Origin: Deltaproteobacteria bacterium
Lineage (GTDB): Bacteria; Desulfobacterota; Deferrimicrobia; J040
Direction of reading: 5' to 3'
Assembly: GCA_011773515.1 (NCBI GenBank)
Contig: WVXK01000062.1
Coordinates: forward strand, 164,928-228,927
DNA length: 64,000 bases
Below, piece after piece: positions 46,914 to 56,402 of this stretch. Position numbers and translations under genes: made by a program. The notes beneath the pieces are model-generated. The model ran no database searches, was not told where the DNA came from, and saw nothing but the letters and a program-made list of their open reading frames with translations. Each line of letters opens with the position of its first letter. Within the stretch, counting starts at the first letter, position 1.

Positions 46914-48527
46914 TCACTGAGCTTTAGAAGGATCAGCTGACGCAATGGCTGCCGCGTCGCCAGTTGACTTGTCGTGTAAGAAACCACGCCCTTTCATATC
47001 TTCCTTGATTCTCGCTTTGAGAATTTTCCCCTGGCTGTTTCTCGGCAGACTCTCGGTGTACTCGATGGAAGCGGGGACCTTGAAAGGCGCCATATTGCTC
47101 CTGGCATATGCGAGAATCTCGCTCTTTTCGATGGTAGCCCCCTCTTTGAGCACGACTATCGCCACCGGCACCTCACCACATTCGTAATCGGGTTTTGAGA
47201 TGACCGAAACATCATCGACGGCTCCGTGTTCTAAGAGTATCTCCTCGACTTCAGCGGGATCAACGGGGACTCCTCCCCTGATTATGATATCCCGCAGCCT
47301 GTCGATGACGTAAATATAGCCACCCTCATCAATCGAAGCTATGTGACCGGTGTAAAGCCAGCCATTTTTAACTTTCTCCGCGGTAAGATAGGGGTCATTG
47401 TAATAACCTTTCATAACGGTGGGTCCCCTGACTGCAAGCTCTCCCACCATGTTCGGCACGATTTCCACCCCCGAAGAATCGATGACCTTTACGCGAATCC
47501 CGACCGCCTCCTTGCCGATCGAGGAAAGCCTCCTCAAACCAACAGCGTCGTCCCTCCCCATTTCTTCGTTTACGTTGAGGAAACTTATGTTCCCCGACGA
47601 TTCAACCTGTGCAAAGGACTGGACGAAGCCACAATGAAATATCGACATCGCTTCTTTGAGAAGTAAGGGGTCTACCGGGATGATACCGCTGTAGGAAATC
47701 TTTTTCAGAGAAGAGATGTCGTGTTTACCTTTTCTCGCCTCGGAGGCGAGTTGTGCCATCATCTGCGGAACGAGGAGCAGCTGCGTAACGCGATGCTTCT
47801 CAATGAGCTTCAGTGCCAGTTCCGGCTCAAAAATCCTCATGATTACCACTTTTGCGCCGGGGAGGAAAAACTTCATCATCCTCCCCGCACCGGCAAGGAA
47901 GGGGAGCGAAGCCGTTGACAGGTACACATCACTGCGTGAGATGTTCAGTTCCAGTGCGGAGAAGTAAGAGGCGCACATAAGATTTCTGTGGGTGAGCTGC
48001 GCCCCTTTGGGGTTTTTCCCGATTGACCCTGCATAAGAGATAAACGCCACATCGCTTTCATCCAAAAAATCTCCTGCGGCGCCGCTTCGGTACCCCCTCC
48101 CCATGAGGGCAGCCAGGGGAGGATAGCCGGACACATCCCCGTCTATACAAACCAATTTCTCCAGGTAAGGGCAATATTCCTTTATTGCATCTACCGAGTC
48201 CACGAACTTTTTTTCAAAGAAAAGGAACCTCGGTTCAAGGTCCTGCAAGATCCGGATCAGTTCCGGGGGCAAGAGGAAAAAGTTGAGCGGGGAAGTGATC
48301 GCCCCCATTCCCGCAAGCGCAAACAGTATCTCCACGTACCGGGGGGAATTCCGGGTGAGAACCGCCACGGGTTCGCCTCTCCGGACCCCCATCTCACGGA
48401 AGAGAGCGGTTAAATAATCCACCCTCTTTTTCAGCTGCCTGTATGTCAGCACCTCATCGTCGCAGACGACCGCCTCTTTTTCGGGAAAAACACGGGCATT
48501 GTGTTCGAGGATATCTCCTACTAGCAC
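46914..48527 (-). CDS. Acyl-CoA ligase (ANL superfamily) homolog with degenerate adenylation motifs
   Basis: LTYRQL, GELAVRGPTVMKGY, DIIIRGG, EVEE, FKVP, LPRNSQGK intact; P-loop reads SYAGSIGKNPKG. Confidence 0.82.
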   Translation of the reverse strand: MLVGDILEHNARVFPEKEAVVCDDEVLTYRQLKKRVDYLTALFREMGVRRGEPVAVLTRNSPRYVEILFALAGMGAITSPLNFFLLPPELIRILQDLEPRFLFFEKKFVDSVDAIKEYCPYLEKLVCIDGDVSGYPPLAALMGRGYRSGAAGDFLDESDVAFISYAGSIGKNPKGAQLTHRNLMCASYFSALELNISRSDVYLSTASLPFLAGAGRMMKFFLPGAKVVIMRIFEPELALKLIEKHRVTQLLLVPQMMAQLASEARKGKHDISSLKKISYSGIIPVDPLLLKEAMSIFHCGFVQSFAQVESSGNISFLNVNEEMGRDDAVGLRRLSSIGKEAVGIRVKVIDSSGVEIVPNMVGELAVRGPTVMKGYYNDPYLTAEKVKNGWLYTGHIASIDEGGYIYVIDRLRDIIIRGGVPVDPAEVEEILLEHGAVDDVSVISKPDYECGEVPVAIVVLKEGATIEKSEILAYARSNMAPFKVPASIEYTESLPRNSQGKILKARIKEDMKGRGFLHDKSTGDAAAIASADPSKAQ

Positions 48528-48606
48528 TGCTGGTTCCTTTTTCTCCCCCCTATTGAAAAAATTATACTACGATAAAAAAATAAGCAAGGCGTTTGGAGAC
48601 AGCCCG

Positions 48607-48888
48607 ATGGATGATGCATATGACGTCTACCCCATTCTCCACAGGGAAAAAATCTATAACCTCATTACCGCCATCGACCTGACCTTCGTTGAAGTAAGAT
48701 CCCTGATCGACTATCTGGAAGAGCAGGAGGCGTTCGGAACAGGTGAGCACGAAGAGGCTATGGAATCGGGCAGACTCTATTCCGTTGAACTTGATGATGT
48801 CGTATACGAGGTTGACGTCCTCGGATACGAAATTGCCATTTACTCGAGAGTCGAGCGCCACGACGGCCCCGCCGAGGAAAACAGCTGA
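48607..48888 (+). CDS. Small acidic hypothetical protein
   Basis: 93 aa from the ATG at 48607 with a GGAG SD; divergent from the ligase. Confidence 0.65.
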   Translation: MDDAYDVYPILHREKIYNLITAIDLTFVEVRSLIDYLEEQEAFGTGEHEEAMESGRLYSVELDDVVYEVDVLGYEIAIYSRVERHDGPAEENS

Positions 48889-48955
48889 CGGTGAAGAGCA
48901 TAACCTTCACCCGACATCTCCCGCCGGCTACGCACCCCTTGAGCAAGACGGGGAA

Positions 48956-51091
48956 TCAACCCCTCGAAGAGAGAAGGAAAGACATTGCAAGGACGAAGAG
49001 CGACAAGGCACCGATTACGAGGGAACCCACCGCCACGCCGCAGAGGGGAAGAAGGAATGAAGCGCCGGTGAAGGCGGCCGATGCCGAACCGGCAAGGTCA
49101 AGGGCATAGGCGCGGCTGTAGGAACCCAGGCGGTGACCCGATCCGGCAAAAAGCCCCCCTCCGCCCGATCCCGTGACAAAAAGGGCAAAGTAAAAGAGCG
49201 GGGACGGGGGAACACCGTTTTGCCCTCCGAAGACCCACAATACGAGTATGGCCGAAAGCACCGTCCCCGCGAGCATGGCGAAAGAAGCTTTCTTTACGCT
49301 TCCGAGGACCCCGGAAGACCCCGCTGCGAGCCCCACCATGTAGGAGCAGAAAAGAAGACCGATGTGGGTGTACACGCTGCCGAAAGCCATCTGAAAGGCA
49401 AATATGAGGGATACCTCAACGAGTATCCCCAGGGCTCCGGAGAAAAAGAGTATCGCCTGGGCAAAGCCTCTTCCCAGCAGGGCCGTGGTGCCGAAAAAAA
49501 AGAGGGCGTAAAACATAAGAAAGGAAAGCAAAATCATGGCAGGGGAAATCTTGAAAAGCCTGACGATCGCCCTGTCGGCAATGTCTGGGTGCTGGGAAAA
49601 AACCGAGGAGAGCCCGTGGATTACCGGGAGTTGGTCGAAGATTCCCCCGCCACCCCTTCCGGTCAGAAGTGACCGAGCCCATGCCTCCCGTTTGCCATCC
49701 ATCCGGAATGGGACTATCTCCGGGACGAAGTAGACGTTTTTCAAATGCCTTGACCGTAACCGGCCCGCCACCACGTCGAAATCTGCCTTATCGACCGGAA
49801 GGGAGGGTGAAGCGATAAAAGAAAACTCATCACCGGGGATAATGCGAAGGGCGCCGAAAGACCCGAGCATGGCGGAATGAAGAAAATCCAGGATATGGAC
49901 GTAATCATCGCCGAGGTAGTCCCCGCCGAAGGGAAGTCTTACGAACAAGATGCCCGTCTTTGCGAGAGCTCCGGAAAGGTTCCTGTAAAAGGATGCCCGC
50001 AATGTCCGGAGCGAAGAGAGGGTTACAGGCAACCCCGGCGCCTGGATGATGACGTCGTACTCTCTTCCCCCCCCGTTGAAAAAGCGCACCGGATCCTCGG
50101 GAACATACACTTCTGCGAGACCCTTGCCACCGATCTGGGCAATGACACTCTCGGCGTGCAGGAAGTCAGCGTCGATTACGGACACGCTCACGTCCCCATA
50201 TTTTTCACACTCCCGGACAAGTGGCAGAAGGCTGGCGCCTATCAGGAGAAAGCGGCGAGGCGTCTTTCCAAACGATGCCGGGAAGTGGACCATCTCCTCG
50301 GAAAAAACAGGGTCCCCGGAAACGAACTCCCTCTTTAAATTGGCATAGAATGTTTTCTGTTCCCCATCAGTGGTCACGTCAAACCTTCCCGTCAGAGTCT
50401 GTCTGTAATGGGTGTGTTCGAACCCGCGAAAAGACCAGGCAGAGGTGAGGGAATCGATATAGCGCGAACAAAGAAGCAAAGCAAGTGACGCAAGCAGCAG
50501 CAGAAAAGGGGAGACAAGGGAGAGCTCCACCCCATTCAGAACGCGGCGGACGAGGATAATTGCCGCTGCGCTCGAGAGAAGACAGACGGAAAGAAAAAAA
50601 TAGGGGCCCGCCTCGATGCAATATGGAATGAGGGAGAGCACACCCGCAATCGATGCGCCGATGGCCTCATAGAAAAAGACGCTGCTCTTCCCGGCCCGGG
50701 GGTCGTCAGTGAGCGAGAGTTGCCGAAAGAGCATGCCACCGGCAAGGGAGGGAAGGAGGAGGGGAACGGAGGTGACGAGGAGAACGAGGTCAAACGGTGG
50801 CGCCTCACCCGGCAAGATTCCCACGATGACACGCGCCCCGCGGGTAAACAAAACGCCCAGCAGCGCGAGAAGGGGAATGGCGAAGGCGAGAGCTTCGATC
50901 AGCCTCCATGAAGGCCTCACGCCCTCCCGGAAGGAAAGGGCGCCGGCACCGCCGGAGAGCAGCCACAGGCCCAGCCCCATACCGTAGACCACCTCGTTCC
51001 CACCGCACTGGGAAAAAACTTCTCTCAGGATAACGACCTGCGACAGGAGCGTTGAAAAGCCCAGGAGAATGGAAAACAGGGCAGTTTTCAT
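48956..51091 (-). CDS. Multi-TM membrane protein with central spermidine-synthase-like domain
   Basis: SQVVILRE, GNEVVYG, YEAIGASIAG TM block; EEMVH, EDPVRF, YDVII soluble domain; C-terminal TM block with FQMAFGSVY and YALDLAG. Confidence 0.78.
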   Translation of the reverse strand: MKTALFSILLGFSTLLSQVVILREVFSQCGGNEVVYGMGLGLWLLSGGAGALSFREGVRPSWRLIEALAFAIPLLALLGVLFTRGARVIVGILPGEAPPFDLVLLVTSVPLLLPSLAGGMLFRQLSLTDDPRAGKSSVFFYEAIGASIAGVLSLIPYCIEAGPYFFLSVCLLSSAAAIILVRRVLNGVELSLVSPFLLLLASLALLLCSRYIDSLTSAWSFRGFEHTHYRQTLTGRFDVTTDGEQKTFYANLKREFVSGDPVFSEEMVHFPASFGKTPRRFLLIGASLLPLVRECEKYGDVSVSVIDADFLHAESVIAQIGGKGLAEVYVPEDPVRFFNGGGREYDVIIQAPGLPVTLSSLRTLRASFYRNLSGALAKTGILFVRLPFGGDYLGDDYVHILDFLHSAMLGSFGALRIIPGDEFSFIASPSLPVDKADFDVVAGRLRSRHLKNVYFVPEIVPFRMDGKREAWARSLLTGRGGGGIFDQLPVIHGLSSVFSQHPDIADRAIVRLFKISPAMILLSFLMFYALFFFGTTALLGRGFAQAILFFSGALGILVEVSLIFAFQMAFGSVYTHIGLLFCSYMVGLAAGSSGVLGSVKKASFAMLAGTVLSAILVLWVFGGQNGVPPSPLFYFALFVTGSGGGGLFAGSGHRLGSYSRAYALDLAGSASAAFTGASFLLPLCGVAVGSLVIGALSLFVLAMSFLLSSRG

Positions 51092-52245
51092 GCCTTCTTT
51101 TCGAATATACCCTCGATTTTTTCACCACAGTGGGCGCACTTTCCATTCTGAACGTGATTTTCACCAATGAAATAGACCAGACGGGAAATTACCCTTTTCC
51201 CGCACCGGGGGCAGTAGGTGTGCTCTCCCGGATCTCCCGGGACATTCCCCACGTAAACATACTTGAGGCCCGCATCGATGCATACCTCCCTCAACCTTCT
51301 CAGGGTAGACACGGGCGTGGGTGGTAGGTCTCTCAAAAGGTACTGGGGATAGAAGCGTGAAAGGTGGAGAGGCACATGTGCCCCCAGCTCTTTTTCTATC
51401 CAGACCGCCATTTTTTTTAACAGATCGGGGTCATCGTTGAGGGTGGGAACCACGAGATAGACGATCTCCAGCCATGTGCCCGAGGAGGCAATGCTTACGA
51501 GCCCATCGAGAACGGGCTTCAACTCGCCACGGACTATCTTTTTGTAATACTCCTCTTCGAAGGCCTTCAGATCAACCTTTACCGCGAGGACCTTTGACAA
51601 GAGCTCCTTCAGCGGTTTTTCCTGAATGTATCCGGCCGTTACGACAATGCTGTCCACTCCCGCCTCGTTGCCGGCAACGGCACAGTCGTACATGTACTCG
51701 TAAAACACGACGGGTTCGCTGTAGGTATACGCTATGGTCATACAGCCGGATTCCTTCGCCCTCCTTACGATATCTTCCGGAGAGAGACGATAGTTTCGCG
51801 TCTGTTCGGGCCTTGACTGGGAAATCTCCCAGTTCTGGCAAAACTTGCAGTTGACGTTGCACCCGGCTGTGGCCATTGAAAAGGCCCTGCTTGCCGGGTA
51901 GACGTGAAAGAAGGGCTTTTTCTCGATGGGGTCGACATGGACGGTACAGGGCCGGGAATGGATGAGGGTCATATATTTCCCCGCCCTGTTTTCCCGCACC
52001 CCGCAGTAACCCCTTTCCCTGTCGCCGACGAGACACTTCCGGGGACAGAGAAGGCACTCGATTTCGAGCCCCTGTTTCCTTTCGTAATATTTCGCCTCTC
52101 TATCCGATAGATCAGAAGACAGGGAAAAGGCAATGGCGTCGCCCGTTGCTGCCGCCATCCTCCTTAAGGACTCCGGGCGGGGGACGATCAGAGAGGCGGC
52201 ACAGGTCCCGCATGCGGTGAAAAACTGTCTCCTCGATATTTTCAC
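51088..52245 (-). CDS. amrS: AmmeMemoRadiSam system radical SAM enzyme with Tat-like leader
   Basis: CLLCPRKC...GYCGVR, DPIEKKP, GCNVNCKFCQNWEISQ, AYTYSEP, YVGNV, CPRC/CAHC; N-terminal SRRQFF. Confidence 0.92.
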   Translation of the reverse strand: MKISRRQFFTACGTCAASLIVPRPESLRRMAAATGDAIAFSLSSDLSDREAKYYERKQGLEIECLLCPRKCLVGDRERGYCGVRENRAGKYMTLIHSRPCTVHVDPIEKKPFFHVYPASRAFSMATAGCNVNCKFCQNWEISQSRPEQTRNYRLSPEDIVRRAKESGCMTIAYTYSEPVVFYEYMYDCAVAGNEAGVDSIVVTAGYIQEKPLKELLSKVLAVKVDLKAFEEEYYKKIVRGELKPVLDGLVSIASSGTWLEIVYLVVPTLNDDPDLLKKMAVWIEKELGAHVPLHLSRFYPQYLLRDLPPTPVSTLRRLREVCIDAGLKYVYVGNVPGDPGEHTYCPRCGKRVISRLVYFIGENHVQNGKCAHCGEKIEGIFEKKA

Positions 52246-53147
52246 AATCCCACCACCTCCCTCACGGTTTCCACACCTTCACCGGCCACTCCGAGTTCAT
52301 ACGGCGGAAGGGCGGCATCGAATATGTACTGGGGAAACCGTTTCTCTTCCCGCAGGGAGGGAAGCCCTCTCGACCTGCGGAGCTCTTCGAGTTTCTCGTA
52401 GCCGGCTTGGTCGAGCGAAACGGGATCCTCGGCTACATACAGAACACGGCCCTCCTCCCTCCACCTGGCGTTGAAGGAGGGACCGCCGTTGCACTGGACG
52501 AAAGTTCCATCCAGGATTGAGAGGACAACCCTGTTTTTGACCACCGGGGCACTGAAGAGGTCCAGTATGTAGGGGGTGCAGCCGTTCATATGATACTTGT
52601 TCGGGTTGTGGATCGCCCCGAAAAAGTTTTTCATCGTCCCCGTGTAACCGCAGAGAATGTGATCCTTGAGAACGGGAACGCTTATGACGAAATCGCTCAT
52701 CCTGGTGAGGATCCTGGAGAGGAGGCTTCCCACCTCGCCGTTGACCGTGAGTTTACTTTCATAGCCAACGCCGTAGGTGTCCGTCCCAAAACACCTGATC
52801 CCGGAGGAGCTGTAATTCAATCTGAACCCGGCCCGGACCAGCTCATCATTCTGCCTGTCCCATACGGTAACGTTGCTTTCGGAGAGCCCCGCCTGCACCA
52901 GCAGATCGGCGATTCCGTACGCCACTGCCATCCTCGTCTGTATACCGGGCACTCCGAGACAATTTACCTTGATGGAAACTCTCGCCCTCTTTCCGAAGCG
53001 GGATGCCAGATACTTTTTCCACCCCATTCCGGAGAGCATTTCCAGCCCTCTTTTCAAAGCAACCGACATGTCCCGGGGATCATAGGAAGCTGCCTTTTTG
53101 GGGCTCTTGACGCTGATTTCCGCAACTCTGGATCCCATGTCATTCAC
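52242..53147 (-). CDS. DUF362 family (putative Fe-S) protein
   Basis: IKVNC, VPVLKDH, GTMKNFFG, NPNKYH, GGP, DPVSLD. Confidence 0.8.
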   Translation of the reverse strand: MNDMGSRVAEISVKSPKKAASYDPRDMSVALKRGLEMLSGMGWKKYLASRFGKRARVSIKVNCLGVPGIQTRMAVAYGIADLLVQAGLSESNVTVWDRQNDELVRAGFRLNYSSSGIRCFGTDTYGVGYESKLTVNGEVGSLLSRILTRMSDFVISVPVLKDHILCGYTGTMKNFFGAIHNPNKYHMNGCTPYILDLFSAPVVKNRVVLSILDGTFVQCNGGPSFNARWREEGRVLYVAEDPVSLDQAGYEKLEELRRSRGLPSLREEKRFPQYIFDAALPPYELGVAGEGVETVREVVGL

Positions 53148-54658
53148 CGGTTCTCATCATCACCGAATACTTCCGCCTCGAAGGAATAAATGTCAACTTC
53201 CTTTTTCCAGGCAAGGGAGGGAAGCCCCGCCTTGACACAGGTCTGGGAGAGAAACGTTTCGACGTCCCATCCGTTTTTTACTGCCACCTGCGGAAGAAGC
53301 AGACCCCTTTTGTGCCCTCTCGAGACCATGAGGCCGTGCCTGCCCACCTCAATGCCCGATATATCCTCAACCTTTTCAAGCGGAGTGAGCACGGATATCT
53401 CGACACGTATGCTCGCAAGTTCCGGGGGTGTGAGCGGCGGAAACCGTGGATCCTCAGTAGCGGATGAGACGGCGCACTCCATGATCGTCCGGTAGAGGGG
53501 ATAGTGAGCCTTCGTGTACCCTATGCAACCCCGGAGTTTTCCCCCTTTCTCTATCGTGACGAATGCCGCGCCGGGGGCTTTCAATTTCTCGCTCGAAACC
53601 TCGACATCGGGAATATTCCCCATTTGAACGAACTCGTTGATGGTTTTCCTGGCTATTGCGAGGAGTTCCCTTTTCTCGCCTTCGCTCAGGTAACCGGTGC
53701 CGCCAAGTTCCCCTTCCTTCATCGTTCCCCTCCTTTGGGAAGTCTTCTCACCACTTTTCAGTGCGATCGCCGATACATAGCCAACCACCGATGCGGTATC
53801 TCCCGTTGCATCCCCGGAATCTGCGTACCCCGTGATGTATACCGACGCGGCTCCCAGCCTTTTCCACAGCATGAGTGCCAGCACCGACGCGGCGCCTCCG
53901 CATGCCTCACACTTCCCTTCCTTGAGATCACGGATGAGCCCGCCGTCGTCTAGATCCTGCACCCTTTTCCTGAACACGCCATCGAGGACTTCCCCCGCGC
54001 TCCGGCTCTTGTAATGTGAGAGGTCAGTGCTCGCCACGACGAGGACCCTTCTCCCCCGTACCGCGCTGAAAATAGCGTCGGCTACCTTTTCCAGCAGGCT
54101 CCTCTCGATCGCGTTCACTTCGATGGGAACGAAGGAAAAGTCACCGAGAGCTACCTGAAGAAAGGGAAGCTGCACTTCGAGGGAGTGCTCCCTCACAAAG
54201 AGCGCGGGGGAACTTTCAAACAGGCCGGGAGAGCGGGATTGGATATCGCGAGCAGCGCGGCTGTCGATGTTCACCAGCCCGAGGGGGGTCCTGAATGCTC
54301 CCTCGAGCATGATCGCGGCCCTTTGCACGCGAAGGAAGTGGCTGGGCCCCAGTAAAACGACGAGGTCATAGCGGTTTCCCCTTATCTCCCTGTAGGCCCT
54401 CGCGGCAGTCCTCCCGGAGTAGACGTATCCCGCATGGGGAGCGATAATACCGGCAATCCTCTTGCTCTGCAGGGGAACCTCTTTACCCTCCTCCATGAGG
54501 CCCTGTATCATACCGTTCAGTTCTTGCGCATCGGAGGGATAAAAAGAGCCGGCCCAGGCGGGCTCCCTCACGGAAGCACCTTCCGCAGGAAGGGGGTAAT
54601 GGAGGGTTACACAAAACGACAGGACAAAAACTGCGGCCAATGTCCCCGCCCTCGCCAT
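53144..54658 (-). CDS. amrB: Fused AmmeMemoRadiSam protein B (MEMO1) and protein A (AMMECR1) with signal peptide
   Basis: AGSFYP, PHAGYVYSG, GPSH, EHSLEVQLPF, STDLSHY, EACG; then AFVT, LRGCIG, DPRF, SVLTP, LLLPQVA, CVKAG; GGAGG SD before the ATG at 54658. Confidence 0.92.
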   Translation of the reverse strand: MARAGTLAAVFVLSFCVTLHYPLPAEGASVREPAWAGSFYPSDAQELNGMIQGLMEEGKEVPLQSKRIAGIIAPHAGYVYSGRTAARAYREIRGNRYDLVVLLGPSHFLRVQRAAIMLEGAFRTPLGLVNIDSRAARDIQSRSPGLFESSPALFVREHSLEVQLPFLQVALGDFSFVPIEVNAIERSLLEKVADAIFSAVRGRRVLVVASTDLSHYKSRSAGEVLDGVFRKRVQDLDDGGLIRDLKEGKCEACGGAASVLALMLWKRLGAASVYITGYADSGDATGDTASVVGYVSAIALKSGEKTSQRRGTMKEGELGGTGYLSEGEKRELLAIARKTINEFVQMGNIPDVEVSSEKLKAPGAAFVTIEKGGKLRGCIGYTKAHYPLYRTIMECAVSSATEDPRFPPLTPPELASIRVEISVLTPLEKVEDISGIEVGRHGLMVSRGHKRGLLLPQVAVKNGWDVETFLSQTCVKAGLPSLAWKKEVDIYSFEAEVFGDDENR

Positions 54659-54816
54659 GGCAACTCCTCCTATGAGGAAATTCCCCATTGGTTCAAGCAT
54701 CAGTATATTATATATTGCCAACAGGGCCATGGATACCTCGCTGGACTCTTTAACGGGATCGCCCACGGACTGGGGGAAGGTCACCTTGCTTCATCCCGTC
54801 AAAGGGGGAGGAGATA

Positions 54817-55428
54817 ATGAGAGCAAAAGCCTCTTTCACCCTCGCTTTTATCTTTTTAACGGCAACTTTCTGCGTCGGAAATTCCACCGCCTCGTCGAAC
54901 AGGTTTTTTGACTTCTCTTCGGGGAGAAACACCGCCGGCTTCTTCACCTCTTTCGCAGACGATTTTTCCTACTATTTCGGCCAGGTGAGAACAAAGCCGG
55001 CCGGCACCTTTGAGGTGGGACTCAAAGGAGGGGCAGTGGAGATAAAAAAAGGCAGGAACGAGGGGACCGGCGCATATCTGGGGGTGGACGGAAATGTGCG
55101 GATCTTCGGTTTCGAGGGCTCTTTCCCCTTCGACCTCTACCTGGCAACCGGCTTTTCGAGCATACTGAAGTCGCGGCGGGCCCTGAACGAGTTCTTCATA
55201 GGGCCCGTAGGCGAGAAGACTCTCACCTCTGCCACCGCTCTGGTTATTCGGGGAACCCTCGGCATGGAGGTGGCCGCGCGAGGGGGTTCTCTCACTGACG
55301 ACGATGACCTGGATCTCTTTATCACCCCGGGTCTCGTTTTCAATATCGGGGATTCAGCAAACATATTCCTGGAGCTGAAAGCCGGAACGGACACTGCTGC
55401 TGGCATAGGGATAAACTTTTCCTTCTGA
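54817..55428 (+). CDS. Putative small outer-membrane beta-barrel
   Basis: Signal peptide, alternating amphipathic strands, C-terminal GIGINFSF with terminal Phe. Confidence 0.6.
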   Translation: MRAKASFTLAFIFLTATFCVGNSTASSNRFFDFSSGRNTAGFFTSFADDFSYYFGQVRTKPAGTFEVGLKGGAVEIKKGRNEGTGAYLGVDGNVRIFGFEGSFPFDLYLATGFSSILKSRRALNEFFIGPVGEKTLTSATALVIRGTLGMEVAARGGSLTDDDDLDLFITPGLVFNIGDSANIFLELKAGTDTAAGIGINFSF

Positions 55429-55487
55429 TTTCAAAGTCAACATGATGCCGGCCAAACCCACCCAGGGGAGGAGGGAGAAAAGGAGAG

Positions 55488-56402
55488 TTGCAAACCCATC
55501 TCGGAGCTATTTTCCCAAAAATCGTGGCGGTGGTGGTACCCGTTTTCTCGGTTATCGGGGGAGGCTATCTCTTCGCCAGATGGAGGAAGAGCCGGGATCT
55601 TCATTTCGTCACCGATTTCATAACCTACGTGGCCGCCCCGCTCCTCGTGTTCTACTCTCTCACCGACAGGACCCTTCCTTTTGAAAATTTTTCCCTTATC
55701 TTTGGCAGCTCCCTGTTTATCGCCATCCTGGGCTCTGCCCTCTCCTTTTTCTCCTCGAAGAAGATAGCAGGCGGCTCTCCAGCGGCAACCCTCACCATGG
55801 CATTCATGAACTCGGGGAATATGGGCCTGCCGGTCTGCTACTTTGCCTTCGGCAGGGATGGTCTTGCCGTCGCCACCATCTTCTTCGTCACCATGTCGAT
55901 AGTCCACTACACGTTGGGCACAGCCCTGGCGAGCGGAAGGGGAAAAGTCGGAGATGCGCTGCTTTTGCCGCTTGCCCCTGCAGCTATCCTCGGCATCGCC
56001 ATCAACCGGCTGAACATTACCCTCCCGGTCCTGATAGAGCGACCCGTAAAGCTGCTTGCCGACTCGGCGATACCCCTCATGCTCTTTTCTCTTGGAGTCC
56101 GCCTCTGGAACATCGAGAAGACTGACCTGAAGCTCTCCTACACCCTGGCCACCATGCGTCTTTCGATCGGCATCCTGTCCGGCTTCTGCGCAATTATGCT
56201 GTTTGGTCTCAGCGGCACCTCTGCCTTCGCCGTTCTCCTCCAGGCGAGCATGCCACCGGCTGTTTTCAATTTCATCCTCTGTGAAAAATTCAACAAAAAT
56301 CCGGGGCTTGCCGCATCAACGATACTTGCGGGGACGCTCATGTCCCTCGCAACCATTCCACTGCTCCTTTCCCTGATCTACCTGTACTTCCCGATACGGT
56401 AG
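55488..56402 (+). CDS. AEC (auxin efflux carrier) family transporter
   Basis: FMNSGNMGLP, IPLMLFSLG, ASMPPAV; about 10 TM helices. Confidence 0.9.
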   Translation: MQTHLGAIFPKIVAVVVPVFSVIGGGYLFARWRKSRDLHFVTDFITYVAAPLLVFYSLTDRTLPFENFSLIFGSSLFIAILGSALSFFSSKKIAGGSPAATLTMAFMNSGNMGLPVCYFAFGRDGLAVATIFFVTMSIVHYTLGTALASGRGKVGDALLLPLAPAAILGIAINRLNITLPVLIERPVKLLADSAIPLMLFSLGVRLWNIEKTDLKLSYTLATMRLSIGILSGFCAIMLFGLSGTSAFAVLLQASMPPAVFNFILCEKFNKNPGLAASTILAGTLMSLATIPLLLSLIYLYFPIR

